From NCBI GenBank assembly GCA_963708135.1, contig OY970192.1, positions 5,088,001 to 5,152,000 of the forward strand: a stretch of DNA of 64,000 nt, read 5' to 3'. Below, piece after piece: positions 49,121 to 57,744 of this stretch. Made by a program: the position numbers and the translations under genes. Below the pieces are notes generated by a model, which worked only from the letters and a program-made list of their open reading frames with translations, ran no database searches and was not told the DNA's origin. This DNA comes from an uncultured Gemmatimonadales bacterium (GTDB lineage: Bacteria > Gemmatimonadota > Gemmatimonadetes > Longimicrobiales > RSA9). Position 1 is the first letter of the stretch, and the number at the start of each line of letters is the position of its first letter.

Positions 49121-50382
49121 ATCAATATTATCTCCGCGCTCTTCGGGGCGCGGCCTCATTGAAGCAATATCGGACCTGCTGGTCAGTGGAGAGGAGCACA
49201 AGCATCTCCGCGCTCTTCGGGGCGCGGCCTCATTGAAGCTGGCGTTTTGGCGATACGCCACATCGGGCGTGGTGTGATCTCCGCGCTCTTCGGGGCGCGG
49301 CCTCATTGAAGCTCCAGAAGCCAGCCCGAAGATTACCTCCACGCGCACCATCTCCGCGCTCTTCGGGGCGCGGCCTCATTGAAGCGTCTCGCACCGGCTC
49401 GCTGCCGAGCCCGGCGAAGGTGATCTCCGCGCTCTTCGGGGCGCGGCCTCATTGAAGCCCCTGGCCAGGCTGACGGGCGGCCGGGATCCGTCGGATCTCC
49501 GCGCTCTTCGGGGCGCGGCCTCATTGAAGCCCCCATCGTCCAGACATGATCCGTGACGCCGGCCGCATCTCCGCGCTCTTCGGGGCGCGGCCTCATTGAA
49601 GCCACCAGTTCTTGAGCAGAACGAGGCGTGCTGCTGGGTCATCTCCGCGCTCTTCGGGGCGCGGCCTCATTGAAGCGAGGAGGTATTCGGGATCCAGGCC
49701 GAACCGCTACCCATCTCCGCGCTCTTCGGGGCGCGGCCTCATTGAAGCATGTCAGGGTCGTAGCCGACGCTGATGTTCTTCCGAATCTCCGCGCTCTTCG
49801 GGGCGCGGCCTCATTGAAGCCTCCCGCTCGACGGCGTGCTGCACTTCCTGCTCTGGCATCTCCGCGCTCTTCGGGGCGCGGCCTCATTGAAGCCGCGCGA
49901 TGCCGGTGGACCCGGCCACGGGCGCCTACAATCTCCGCGCTCTTCGGGGCGCGGCCTCATTGAAGCGGCGCCGTCATCCAGCTCGTCTACGGGTTCGCGA
50001 TCGCGATCTCCGCGCTCTTCGGGGCGCGGCCTCATTGAAGCCCGAGTGGGCATGCGCTCACGTTCGGGCTATACGCCATCTCCGCGCTCTTCGGGGCGCG
50101 GCCTCATTGAAGCGTGATCGGGCACCCGCACTTCGCGCAGATGTCCACGCCATCTCCGCGCTCTTCGGGGCGCGGCCTCATTGAAGCCCGCTGAGGCGGA
50201 AGCGGGCGTTGTGTGGCACGCCGTTATCTCCGCGCTCTTCGGGGCGCGGCCTCATTGAAGCCAGCCGGCCGGTGGGGATTGGTCGAGCCCGGAGACGCAG
50301 ATCTCCGCGCTCTTCGGGGCGCGGCCTCATTGAAGCCGCGAAGGTCCCGCCGCTTGATCGACCTGGATTTCACATCTCCGCG

Positions 50383-51704
50383 CAGTAGTGTCCGGTTATA
50401 AGTTGAAGAGCGACAACTGGTTACGATCGGAGGGGACTTCGGGGGTGTAGGCCGAACGCGTAAGTACTTGTGCGAGAGGGGCTTTCTCGAACGCATAGAC
50501 GCTCAGGATCTGTAGAATTGTGTAGAGTTCGCGCTCGATCCGGAGCCGCTTGCGGACGATCGCGACGAGGACGTAAACGCTGATCGCGATCCAGATCTGC
50601 GTGCGCACAGCGTTCGCGCTCGTGCCGAAGAAGCGCTTGATCCTGAGGTGCTGCTTGATCCATTTGAAGAAGAGCTCGATCTGCCACCGCAGGCGGTAGA
50701 GCTCGGCCACGGTAACGGCGGGCAGCGCGACGTCGTTGGTCAGAAGGACGAGGTCCTGCCCGGACCCTGCGTCCTTGAAACGCACGCGGCGAAGCCGGTC
50801 GGGATAGGCCCTGGCAGACGGGGGCAGCGCAAGGCGGATGATCTGATCACAGAAGACGCCGGTGGTGCGATCGACGGGTCCTGAGGAGAGCCGGTTGAAC
50901 TTGAGGTTTGCCTTGGCGCGAACGACGAAGGTGGCCCGGTGCTGATCGAGTCGGTAGAGGCGGGCGAAGTTAACGTAGCCGCGGTCCAGGACGTAGATCG
51001 ATCCGGGCTCCGGGATGAGCGCATCGAGGATGCGCACATCGTGGGTGCTCGCGTCCGTGATCCAGGCGTAGGCGGGGATCCTGCCTGCCAAGTCGAGCAG
51101 TGTATGCAGCTTCACGCCGCCTTTGCTCGTACGAAACGAGGCCCAGGGGAACAGCGACAAACACAGGTCGATCGTGGTGGAATCCAGCGCGTAGACGGTG
51201 TTCGTGAGCTCGATCCCCAACGTGTCGTCGGCGTAGAGCCGACGCGCGTCTGCGATCAGGCGTTGAGCGAAATCGGCGTAGATGCGCCAGTCGCGATTCT
51301 CGTTCGCATCGGCGAGCGTGCTGCGAGAGAGCGGCGAACGGAAGCCAAGATGGTACAGCTTCTCGGGGGCCGCCCCGAGGGTGGCCTCGAGGTCCCGCAG
51401 GCTCTCCCGGTAGGTGAGCTGGGCAAAGGCCATGGCGAGGAACTGGTCCCGACACGAGAAACGTCGGACCCTCCGGTTGCCGTGGTAGCGGCGGATGCAC
51501 CGATCGAGCGCGAAGCGAGATGCGTGGGCCATCACCTGTGAGAAAACCGTGCTTCCGGGATTCATGCGCCACTCCGGCCGGGGGGTCCGGGCAGGATAGC
51601 GGCGCAGCAGCGAAGTTCAAATCGGTGCGGCAACCAAAACGTCGTAACGCACCACGTAGCAATCCGTTACGGCATCATCATCTCAGCTTAACCGGACAGT
51701 ACTG
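50383..51704 (-). mobile_element. Second, diverged IS4-family IS inside the CRISPR array
   Basis: 16-bp IR CAGTAGTGTCCGGTTA versus CAGTACTGTCCGGTTA; 9-bp TSD ATCTCCGCG (50374-50382, 51705-51713). Confidence 0.92.
50396..51565 (-). CDS. IS4-family transposase
   Basis: Same motifs as 47808..48977, 389 aa, clearly diverged. Confidence 0.92.
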   Translation of the reverse strand: MNPGSTVFSQVMAHASRFALDRCIRRYHGNRRVRRFSCRDQFLAMAFAQLTYRESLRDLEATLGAAPEKLYHLGFRSPLSRSTLADANENRDWRIYADFAQRLIADARRLYADDTLGIELTNTVYALDSTTIDLCLSLFPWASFRTSKGGVKLHTLLDLAGRIPAYAWITDASTHDVRILDALIPEPGSIYVLDRGYVNFARLYRLDQHRATFVVRAKANLKFNRLSSGPVDRTTGVFCDQIIRLALPPSARAYPDRLRRVRFKDAGSGQDLVLLTNDVALPAVTVAELYRLRWQIELFFKWIKQHLRIKRFFGTSANAVRTQIWIAISVYVLVAIVRKRLRIERELYTILQILSVYAFEKAPLAQVLTRSAYTPEVPSDRNQLSLFNL

Positions 51705-52635
51705 ATCTCCGCGCTCTTCGGGGCGCGGCCTCATTGAAGCCTCTTCATAGATAAATACTACTCTTGAAGCAAAGCCAATCTCCGCGCTCTTCGGGGCGCG
51801 GCCTCATTGAAGCAAGAACTGCCACGTCTGCCATGCGGGAGCACGATTCGAATCTCCGCGCTCTTCGGGGCGCGGCCTCATTGAAGCTGGTCGAGCCCGA
51901 GGGCCGACACGGGGGTGATCGTGTCATCTCCGCGCTCTTCGGGGCGCGGCCTCATTGAAGCAGGTCGAGGTCGGGCCCGCCGGCGAGCAGCGCTTCCGCG
52001 ATCTCCGCGCTCTTCGGGGCGCGGCCTCATTGAAGCGGAACAGGCAGCGCCTAGCCGCGGACCGGGTCGTCCATCTCCGCGCTCTTCGGGGCGCGGCCTC
52101 ATTGAAGCCTTGTACACCCGGACTCCTCGCGGCCCGGTCAGCTGATCTCCGCGCTCTTCGGGGCGCGGCCTCATTGAAGCAACGTGAACTTCGCCTCGAT
52201 GATCTTCCTCCGGCTGATCTCCGCGCTCTTCGGGGCGCGGCCTCATTGAAGCCCGAACACGAACGTGATGTTGCCGGCGTTGCTCAGATCATCTCCGCGC
52301 TCTTCGGGGCGCGGCCTCATTGAAGCCTGCACCTGCTGGAGTCTGAGCACCTCCGCCGAGTCTATCTCCGCGCTCTTCGGGGCGCGGCCTCATTGAAGCT
52401 CGGCATGTGCCTCAGCGGCCAGCCGCCGGCCTCATTGAAGCCTTCCCCTTTCTTGTTACCGCGTAAACAAAATTGCCGGGGCTCCGCGCTCTTCGGGGCG
52501 CGGCCTGTCGTTGGCGATTGAAAATGTCCCACCTCGGAACGGGGACGAGCCTGAGGGCGTTTTCGCGGCGGCCTTGGGAAGGCCTTGCCGGCTCGTTCCA
52601 CCCGCCCGGCACGCCGCCTGCGCCCGCCTCGCCCC

Positions 52636-53604
52636 ATGCCCTACCGCCTCCTCCCCTGCCCGGTCTGCGGCGCGGCCGACGCCGAGCTCGTGGCGGACGG
52701 GGCGGCGATCCGGGCGGAGGTCGAGGCGCTGTGGGCGTTCCACCTGCGGCGGCTGCGCGACGGGGCGCCGATCGCGGAGCTGTACGACCGGGCGGTGTTC
52801 TCGCAGCGGGCGCCGCTCGAGCTGGTGGCCTGCCCGGGGTGCGGCACGCTGCGGCGGGATCCGGCGGAGGCGCCGCGCGACCTGGTGCGGGGGTACGCGG
52901 CGGAGGCGTTGGACGGGGCGGTGCTGGACGCGCTGCGGCAGGCGCAGCGGCCCTTCTTCGAGGCGGCGGAGCGGCGGCTCCGGCGCGCGCTCGGCGGGAC
53001 GGGCGCGGTGCTCGAGGTGGGGAGCTACGCGGGCGGCTTCCTGGACGTGGCGCGCGAGCGGGGGTGGCGGGTGCGCGGCATCGACGTGAACGAGGGCGCG
53101 GCCGCGCACGCCCGCGGGCGAGGGCATGACGTGCGCGCGGCCGGGCTCGCGGCGGCGGCGGCGGACGGGGCGGCTGGCGGGCTCGACGCCGTCGCCGTCT
53201 GGAGCTGCTTCGAGCAGCTGCCCGAGCCGCGGCGCGCGGCGGCCGATGCGGCGCGGCTCCTGCGCCCCGGCGGCATTCTGGCGCTGCGCGTCCCGAGCGG
53301 CGCGTTCTACCGGGCGCTGCGCGGGCGACGCGGCGTGCGCGGCGGCGCGGCCGGGCGCGCGCTCCTCGCGCTCAGCAACCTGCTCGGCTTCCCCTACCGG
53401 CACGGCTTCACCCCCGCGTCGCTCCGCCGCCTCGTCGAGGAGGCCGGGCTCCGGGTGCTCCACGCCCGCGGCGACGCCCTGGTCCCGACGTCCGGCCCCT
53501 GGACCCGCCCGTGGGCCGCCGCCGAGCAGCGCCTCGCCCGCTCCGCCCTCCGCCTCGCCCCCACCCGCCTGTCGCCGTGGCTGGAGCTGTACGCCCGCAG
53601 ATGA
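52636..53604 (+). CDS. Class I SAM-dependent methyltransferase
   Basis: N-terminal CPVC...CPGC; VLEVGSYAGGFL; LLRPGGILAL. Confidence 0.8.
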   Translation: MPYRLLPCPVCGAADAELVADGAAIRAEVEALWAFHLRRLRDGAPIAELYDRAVFSQRAPLELVACPGCGTLRRDPAEAPRDLVRGYAAEALDGAVLDALRQAQRPFFEAAERRLRRALGGTGAVLEVGSYAGGFLDVARERGWRVRGIDVNEGAAAHARGRGHDVRAAGLAAAAADGAAGGLDAVAVWSCFEQLPEPRRAAADAARLLRPGGILALRVPSGAFYRALRGRRGVRGGAAGRALLALSNLLGFPYRHGFTPASLRRLVEEAGLRVLHARGDALVPTSGPWTRPWAAAEQRLARSALRLAPTRLSPWLELYARR

Positions 53605-53758
53605 GCCACGGCGAAGCCCGTGGCCGCGCCCCCACCCGCCGTCCGCCTTCGCTTTCGGCAGTCACCCGCTGCCCCTGCCCGCGCCCGAAGCTTGCGGACC
53701 CGGCCCGCCGGGAAGGGGTATCCTGACCACTTCACCCACACCCACGGAGCCAGAACGT

Positions 53759-55498
53759 ATGCCAAGGATATTCCCCCGCCGGCTGCTTCCGGCCGGCCTT
53801 CTCCTCGCCCTGGCCGCGTGCGCGCCGGGCGCCACGAGCGGCCCGGCCACGCCGGCGCCGAGGCCCGCCGCGTCCGCGAAGCCGGCCGGAGCCGTGAAGC
53901 CGGCGCAGGCGACGGCGCCCACGCAGCCCGCCACCGCCCCGTCGTCGGCCGCGGCGAGCGCCGCGCCGGCGGCGGCGACGAACGACTGGTGGAAGCTGGA
54001 CGAGACGGCGGACCACGTGGCGGGGATCTCGCTGGACCGTGCGTACCGGGAGGTGCTGGCGGGGCGGCGGCCGGCGCGCAGCGTCGTCGTCGCCATCATC
54101 GACTCGGGCGTGGACACGACGCACGAGGCGCTGCGCGGGCACCTGTGGACGAACCCGAAGGAGGTGGCGGGCAACGGGAAGGACGACGATGGCGATGGTT
54201 TCGTGGACGACGTGCGCGGCTGGGACTTCATCGGCGGCGCGAACGGGGACGTGGACCACGACACCTTCGAGCTGACGCGGCTGTACGTGCGGGACAGCGT
54301 CCGCTTCGCGGGCGCGAAGCCGGAGGCGCTCTCGGGGGCGGACAGGGCGGAGTACGCGCGCTACGGCGAGCTGCGTCAGAAGCTCGTGGCCAAGCGCGGT
54401 GAGGCGGAGCAGACGCTGCACCAGATCGAGGGGATCGAGCAGGCGCTCTCGCAGGCGACGGCGCTGCTCACGCCGGCGCTGGGCGGCGACTCGATCACGG
54501 CCGAGCGGGTGCGGGCGCTGTCGAGCCCGGACCCGAACGTGCAGCAGGCGCGCGCGCTCTATCTCCGGGCCGCGGACGCCGGGATCACGCTGGCCATGGT
54601 GGCGGATGGGAAGAAGTCGTACGAGTCGCAGCTGAAGTACGGCTACAACCCGTCGTACGACCCGCGCTCGGTGGTGGGCGACGACTACTCCGATCCCACC
54701 CAGCGCCACTACGGCAACGCCGACGTGCAGGGGCCGGACCCGCTCCACGCCACGCACGTGTCGGGGATCGTGCTGGCGGAGCGCGAGCCGGCCATCGCGG
54801 GCGAGGCGGCGCCGGACATCCGGATCATGAGCGTCCGCACGGTGCCGGACGGCGACGAGCGCGACAAGGACGTGGCCAACGCGATCCGCTTCGCGGTGGA
54901 CCACGGCGCGGACGTGATCTCGATGAGCTTCGGCAAGGCGTACTCGCCGTACAAGGCGGAGGTCGATTCGGCGGTGGCGTACGCGGACGCGCACGGGGTG
55001 CTGATGGTGCACGCCGCGGGCAACGACGGCGAGGACCTCGCGACGAGTCCGGACTTCCCCTCGCCGAGCTACCTGGCGGGCGGCGAGGCGAAGAACTGGA
55101 TCGAGGTGGGCGCGTCGTCGTGGAAGGGGCTCGACGAGCTGGCGGCCGGCTTCAGCAACTACGGCGCGGACCGCGTGGACGTGTTCGCGCCCGGCGTGGA
55201 CATCTACTCGTCGCTGCCGGGCGGGAAGTACGGCAAGGAGAGCGGCACGAGCATGGCCACGCCGGTGGTGAGCGGGCTGGCGGCCGTGATGATGGCGTAC
55301 TTCCCCACGCTGAAGGCGCCGGACGTGAAGCGGATCATCCTCGAGACCGCGTCGCCGTACCGCGACCAGCAGGTGGTGAAGCCGGGCACGAAGGACGAGA
55401 CGACGACGTTCGGCTCGCTCTCGCGCACGGGCGGCGTCGTGAACGCGTACGAGGCGCTGAAGGCCGCGGCCCGCGAGGCGGGTCGGCCGGCGAGCTGA
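53759..55498 (+). CDS. S8 (subtilisin-like) serine peptidase, lipoprotein
   Basis: Lipobox LAAC; VAIIDSG, HATHVSG, AAGN, SGTSMATP. Confidence 0.92.
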   Translation: MPRIFPRRLLPAGLLLALAACAPGATSGPATPAPRPAASAKPAGAVKPAQATAPTQPATAPSSAAASAAPAAATNDWWKLDETADHVAGISLDRAYREVLAGRRPARSVVVAIIDSGVDTTHEALRGHLWTNPKEVAGNGKDDDGDGFVDDVRGWDFIGGANGDVDHDTFELTRLYVRDSVRFAGAKPEALSGADRAEYARYGELRQKLVAKRGEAEQTLHQIEGIEQALSQATALLTPALGGDSITAERVRALSSPDPNVQQARALYLRAADAGITLAMVADGKKSYESQLKYGYNPSYDPRSVVGDDYSDPTQRHYGNADVQGPDPLHATHVSGIVLAEREPAIAGEAAPDIRIMSVRTVPDGDERDKDVANAIRFAVDHGADVISMSFGKAYSPYKAEVDSAVAYADAHGVLMVHAAGNDGEDLATSPDFPSPSYLAGGEAKNWIEVGASSWKGLDELAAGFSNYGADRVDVFAPGVDIYSSLPGGKYGKESGTSMATPVVSGLAAVMMAYFPTLKAPDVKRIILETASPYRDQQVVKPGTKDETTTFGSLSRTGGVVNAYEALKAAAREAGRPAS

Positions 55499-55501
55499 GG
55501 C

Positions 55502-56062
55502 ATGAACGCGACCGACGCCATCCACGCCCGGCGCTCGATCAAGCGCTTCACGGACCGCCCGGTCACCCGCGAGGAGATCGAGCGGCTGCTCGAGGCGGTG
55601 GTGCGCGCGCCGAACCATCGCATGACGCAGCCGTGGCGCTTCCTCGTGCTGGGCCCGGCCGCGCGCCGCCGCTACGGCGAGGTGCTGGGCGGGCGCAAGG
55701 CGCGGAAGGTGGAGGACCCCGAGGCGGCCGCGATGGTGCGCGAGAAGGTCGCGTCCGAGCAGGCGGCGCTGCCGGCGATGCTCGGCGTCGTCATCCGGCA
55801 GGACGAGAATCCGGAGATCCGGCAGGAGGACTACGCGGCCGCGATGATGGGGGTCGAGAACCTGGCCCTGGCCGCGGTCGAGATGGGGCTCGGCACGCAT
55901 CTGAAGACGGGCGCCGTGATGGACGACCCGGCCGCCCGCGAGCTGCTCGGGCTGGCCGGGGGCGAGCGGCTGGTGGCGGTGGTGAACCTGGGCGAGCCGG
56001 CCCAGATCCCGGACGAGAAGCCGCGCGGGACGGCGGCGGAGCGGACGACGTGGCTGGACTGA
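55502..56062 (+). CDS. Nitroreductase family protein
   Basis: RRSIKRF, APNHRMTQPWRF, NLALAAVEMGLG. Confidence 0.9.
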   Translation: MNATDAIHARRSIKRFTDRPVTREEIERLLEAVVRAPNHRMTQPWRFLVLGPAARRRYGEVLGGRKARKVEDPEAAAMVREKVASEQAALPAMLGVVIRQDENPEIRQEDYAAAMMGVENLALAAVEMGLGTHLKTGAVMDDPAARELLGLAGGERLVAVVNLGEPAQIPDEKPRGTAAERTTWLD

Positions 56063-56138
56063 GCGCGGGACCCGGAAGGCGACGGGGGCGCGGCGTGCGC
56101 CGGCGGCGCGCGGCGGCCGCGTCGCATGGGAGCGCTCC

Positions 56139-57125
56139 GTGCTGAGGCTCCACGAGTACCGCTACCACCGGCCGCGCACGCTCGAGGAGGCGCTCGCGCT
56201 GCTCGCGGAGCACGGCGCGGGGATCCTGCCGATCGCGGGCGGCACGGACCTCATGCCGAACATGAAGCACCGGCTGTTCACCCCCGCGCACCTGGTCGGG
56301 CTGAAGGGCGTGGCCGAGCTGCACGGCATCGCCGTGGAGGACGGCGAGCTCGTGATCGGCGCGGCGGAGACGCTGGCGACGGTGTCGCGGCACCCGCTCG
56401 TCCGGGAGCACGCGCCGTCGCTCGCTCGCGCCGCCGGGCGCGTGGCCGGCCCGCAGCTGCGCAACATGGGCACCATCGGCGGCAACCTCTGCCTCGACAC
56501 GCGCTGCACCTACTACAACCAGACGTTCTTCTGGCGCCAGGCGCTCGGCTTCTGCCTCAAGAAGGACGGCGACGTCTGCCACGTCACGAAGGTCGGGAAG
56601 AAGTGCGTGGCCGCGCACTCCGCCGACACGCCGCCCGTGCTCATGACCCTCGGCGCCGCGGCCGACCTGGCCTCGCCCGACGGCACGCGCAGCGTGGCGG
56701 TGGCCGACTTCTTCGTGGCCGATGGGATCAACAACACGGTGCGCGCGGCGGACGAGATCGTGACGCGCATCCGGATCCCGCTGCCGCGGCCCGGCACGCG
56801 GACGTCGTTCCAGAAGGTGCGCCAGCGCGAGTCGATCGACTTCCCGCTGCTGAACGTGGCCGTGGCCGCCGTGGTGACAGGCGACGGCGTCGTCTCCGAC
56901 CTCCGCATGGTGGTCTCCGCCCTCGGCTCCCGCCCGCGCGCGGTGTCGGGCCTCGACCGCATCGTGGCCGGCCGCGCGCTGGACGAGGAGACGATCGAGG
57001 CCGTCGCCCGGCGCGCCTTCGAGCAGTGCCACCCGCTCACCAACATCATCGTCAACCCGGACTGGCGGCGCGCCATGGTGCCCGTGTACGTGCGGCGCGC
57101 GCTCGCGGAGCTGGCGGGGGGCTGA
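56139..57125 (+). CDS. FAD-binding subunit of a xanthine-dehydrogenase-family enzyme (4-hydroxybenzoyl-CoA reductase beta-like)
   Basis: AGGTDL, RNMGTIGGNLC, Cys-rich insert RCTYYNQ..CLKK..VC..KC. Confidence 0.85.
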   Translation: MLRLHEYRYHRPRTLEEALALLAEHGAGILPIAGGTDLMPNMKHRLFTPAHLVGLKGVAELHGIAVEDGELVIGAAETLATVSRHPLVREHAPSLARAAGRVAGPQLRNMGTIGGNLCLDTRCTYYNQTFFWRQALGFCLKKDGDVCHVTKVGKKCVAAHSADTPPVLMTLGAAADLASPDGTRSVAVADFFVADGINNTVRAADEIVTRIRIPLPRPGTRTSFQKVRQRESIDFPLLNVAVAAVVTGDGVVSDLRMVVSALGSRPRAVSGLDRIVAGRALDEETIEAVARRAFEQCHPLTNIIVNPDWRRAMVPVYVRRALAELAGG

Positions 57126-57744
57126 TCGCGGCCGGTCCGGCTCCCGGGCGGCGCCGGCGCCGGATCCGGGCGGCCTCCGGGTTGCCCGCGCGCCTCACCT
57201 GCCGGGCGGCGCTCCGGCGGGGAGGCCCTCTCCGGCCCTGCGGAACTCGCGGCTCCGCCGCACCGGCCCCACTCCACCGCCGCTCGGACAGTCCTCGGAC
57301 CTCCGAGGGCCTCCCCGCCTGCGCGATCGTTCGGCGGCCCGGGGAGGAGCGCGGCCGATGGCGCGCGTGCTGGCGCCGGCAAGGGCGCGAGGCCTGGCAA
57401 GCCGGCCGGGCGAGCAGACGCCCGCCCGGCGTCTCCCGCTCTCCCACTCCCCCACTCTCGCCCGAAGGGCGCGAGGCCCGGTGCCCTCCGCGCCATCGGC
57501 CGCGTCCCCCGCTCCTGCGTCCGTGTACCGCGGCGCCGGCCTGGCGAGGGCCCGGCCGGAGACGGAAGCGCCGGCCCGGGGTCCCCCACTCTTGCCGGTC
57601 GCGGTGGTGCGCGAAAAGAGCGCCGCCGCGCCCGGCGCCCACGGCACAACCGTCGCGCGGCTCGTCGTCGCCCCGCGTCCCCGCGTCGGGTGGCGGGGTG
57701 GGGTGGGGTTCCGCCGTTCAGCCGCTGAACGGCCGTCGGCGGCG

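Larger units (their letters stand above)
44886..52515 (+). CRISPR. CRISPR array, 36-bp repeat ATCTCCGCGCTCTTCGGGGCGCGGCCTCATTGAAGC, about 67 full repeats in three blocks
   Basis: Manual count: ~40 repeats (44886-47758), ~17 (49130-50336), ~10 (51705-52399), plus a half repeat (52427-52441) and a degenerate terminal repeat (~52480-52515). Spacers ~34-40 bp; I-G-type 3' end ATTGAAGC. Confidence 0.98.

Noticed and set aside
44496..52323. Many short ORFs with repeating SMRPRPEERGD / LRALRGAASLK peptides
   Set aside because: Translations of the CRISPR repeat.
44886..52515. Self-targeting spacers against IS, TA or cas genes in this window
   Set aside because: No full-length match spotted by eye, only short matches of up to ~11 nt; a computational search is needed.
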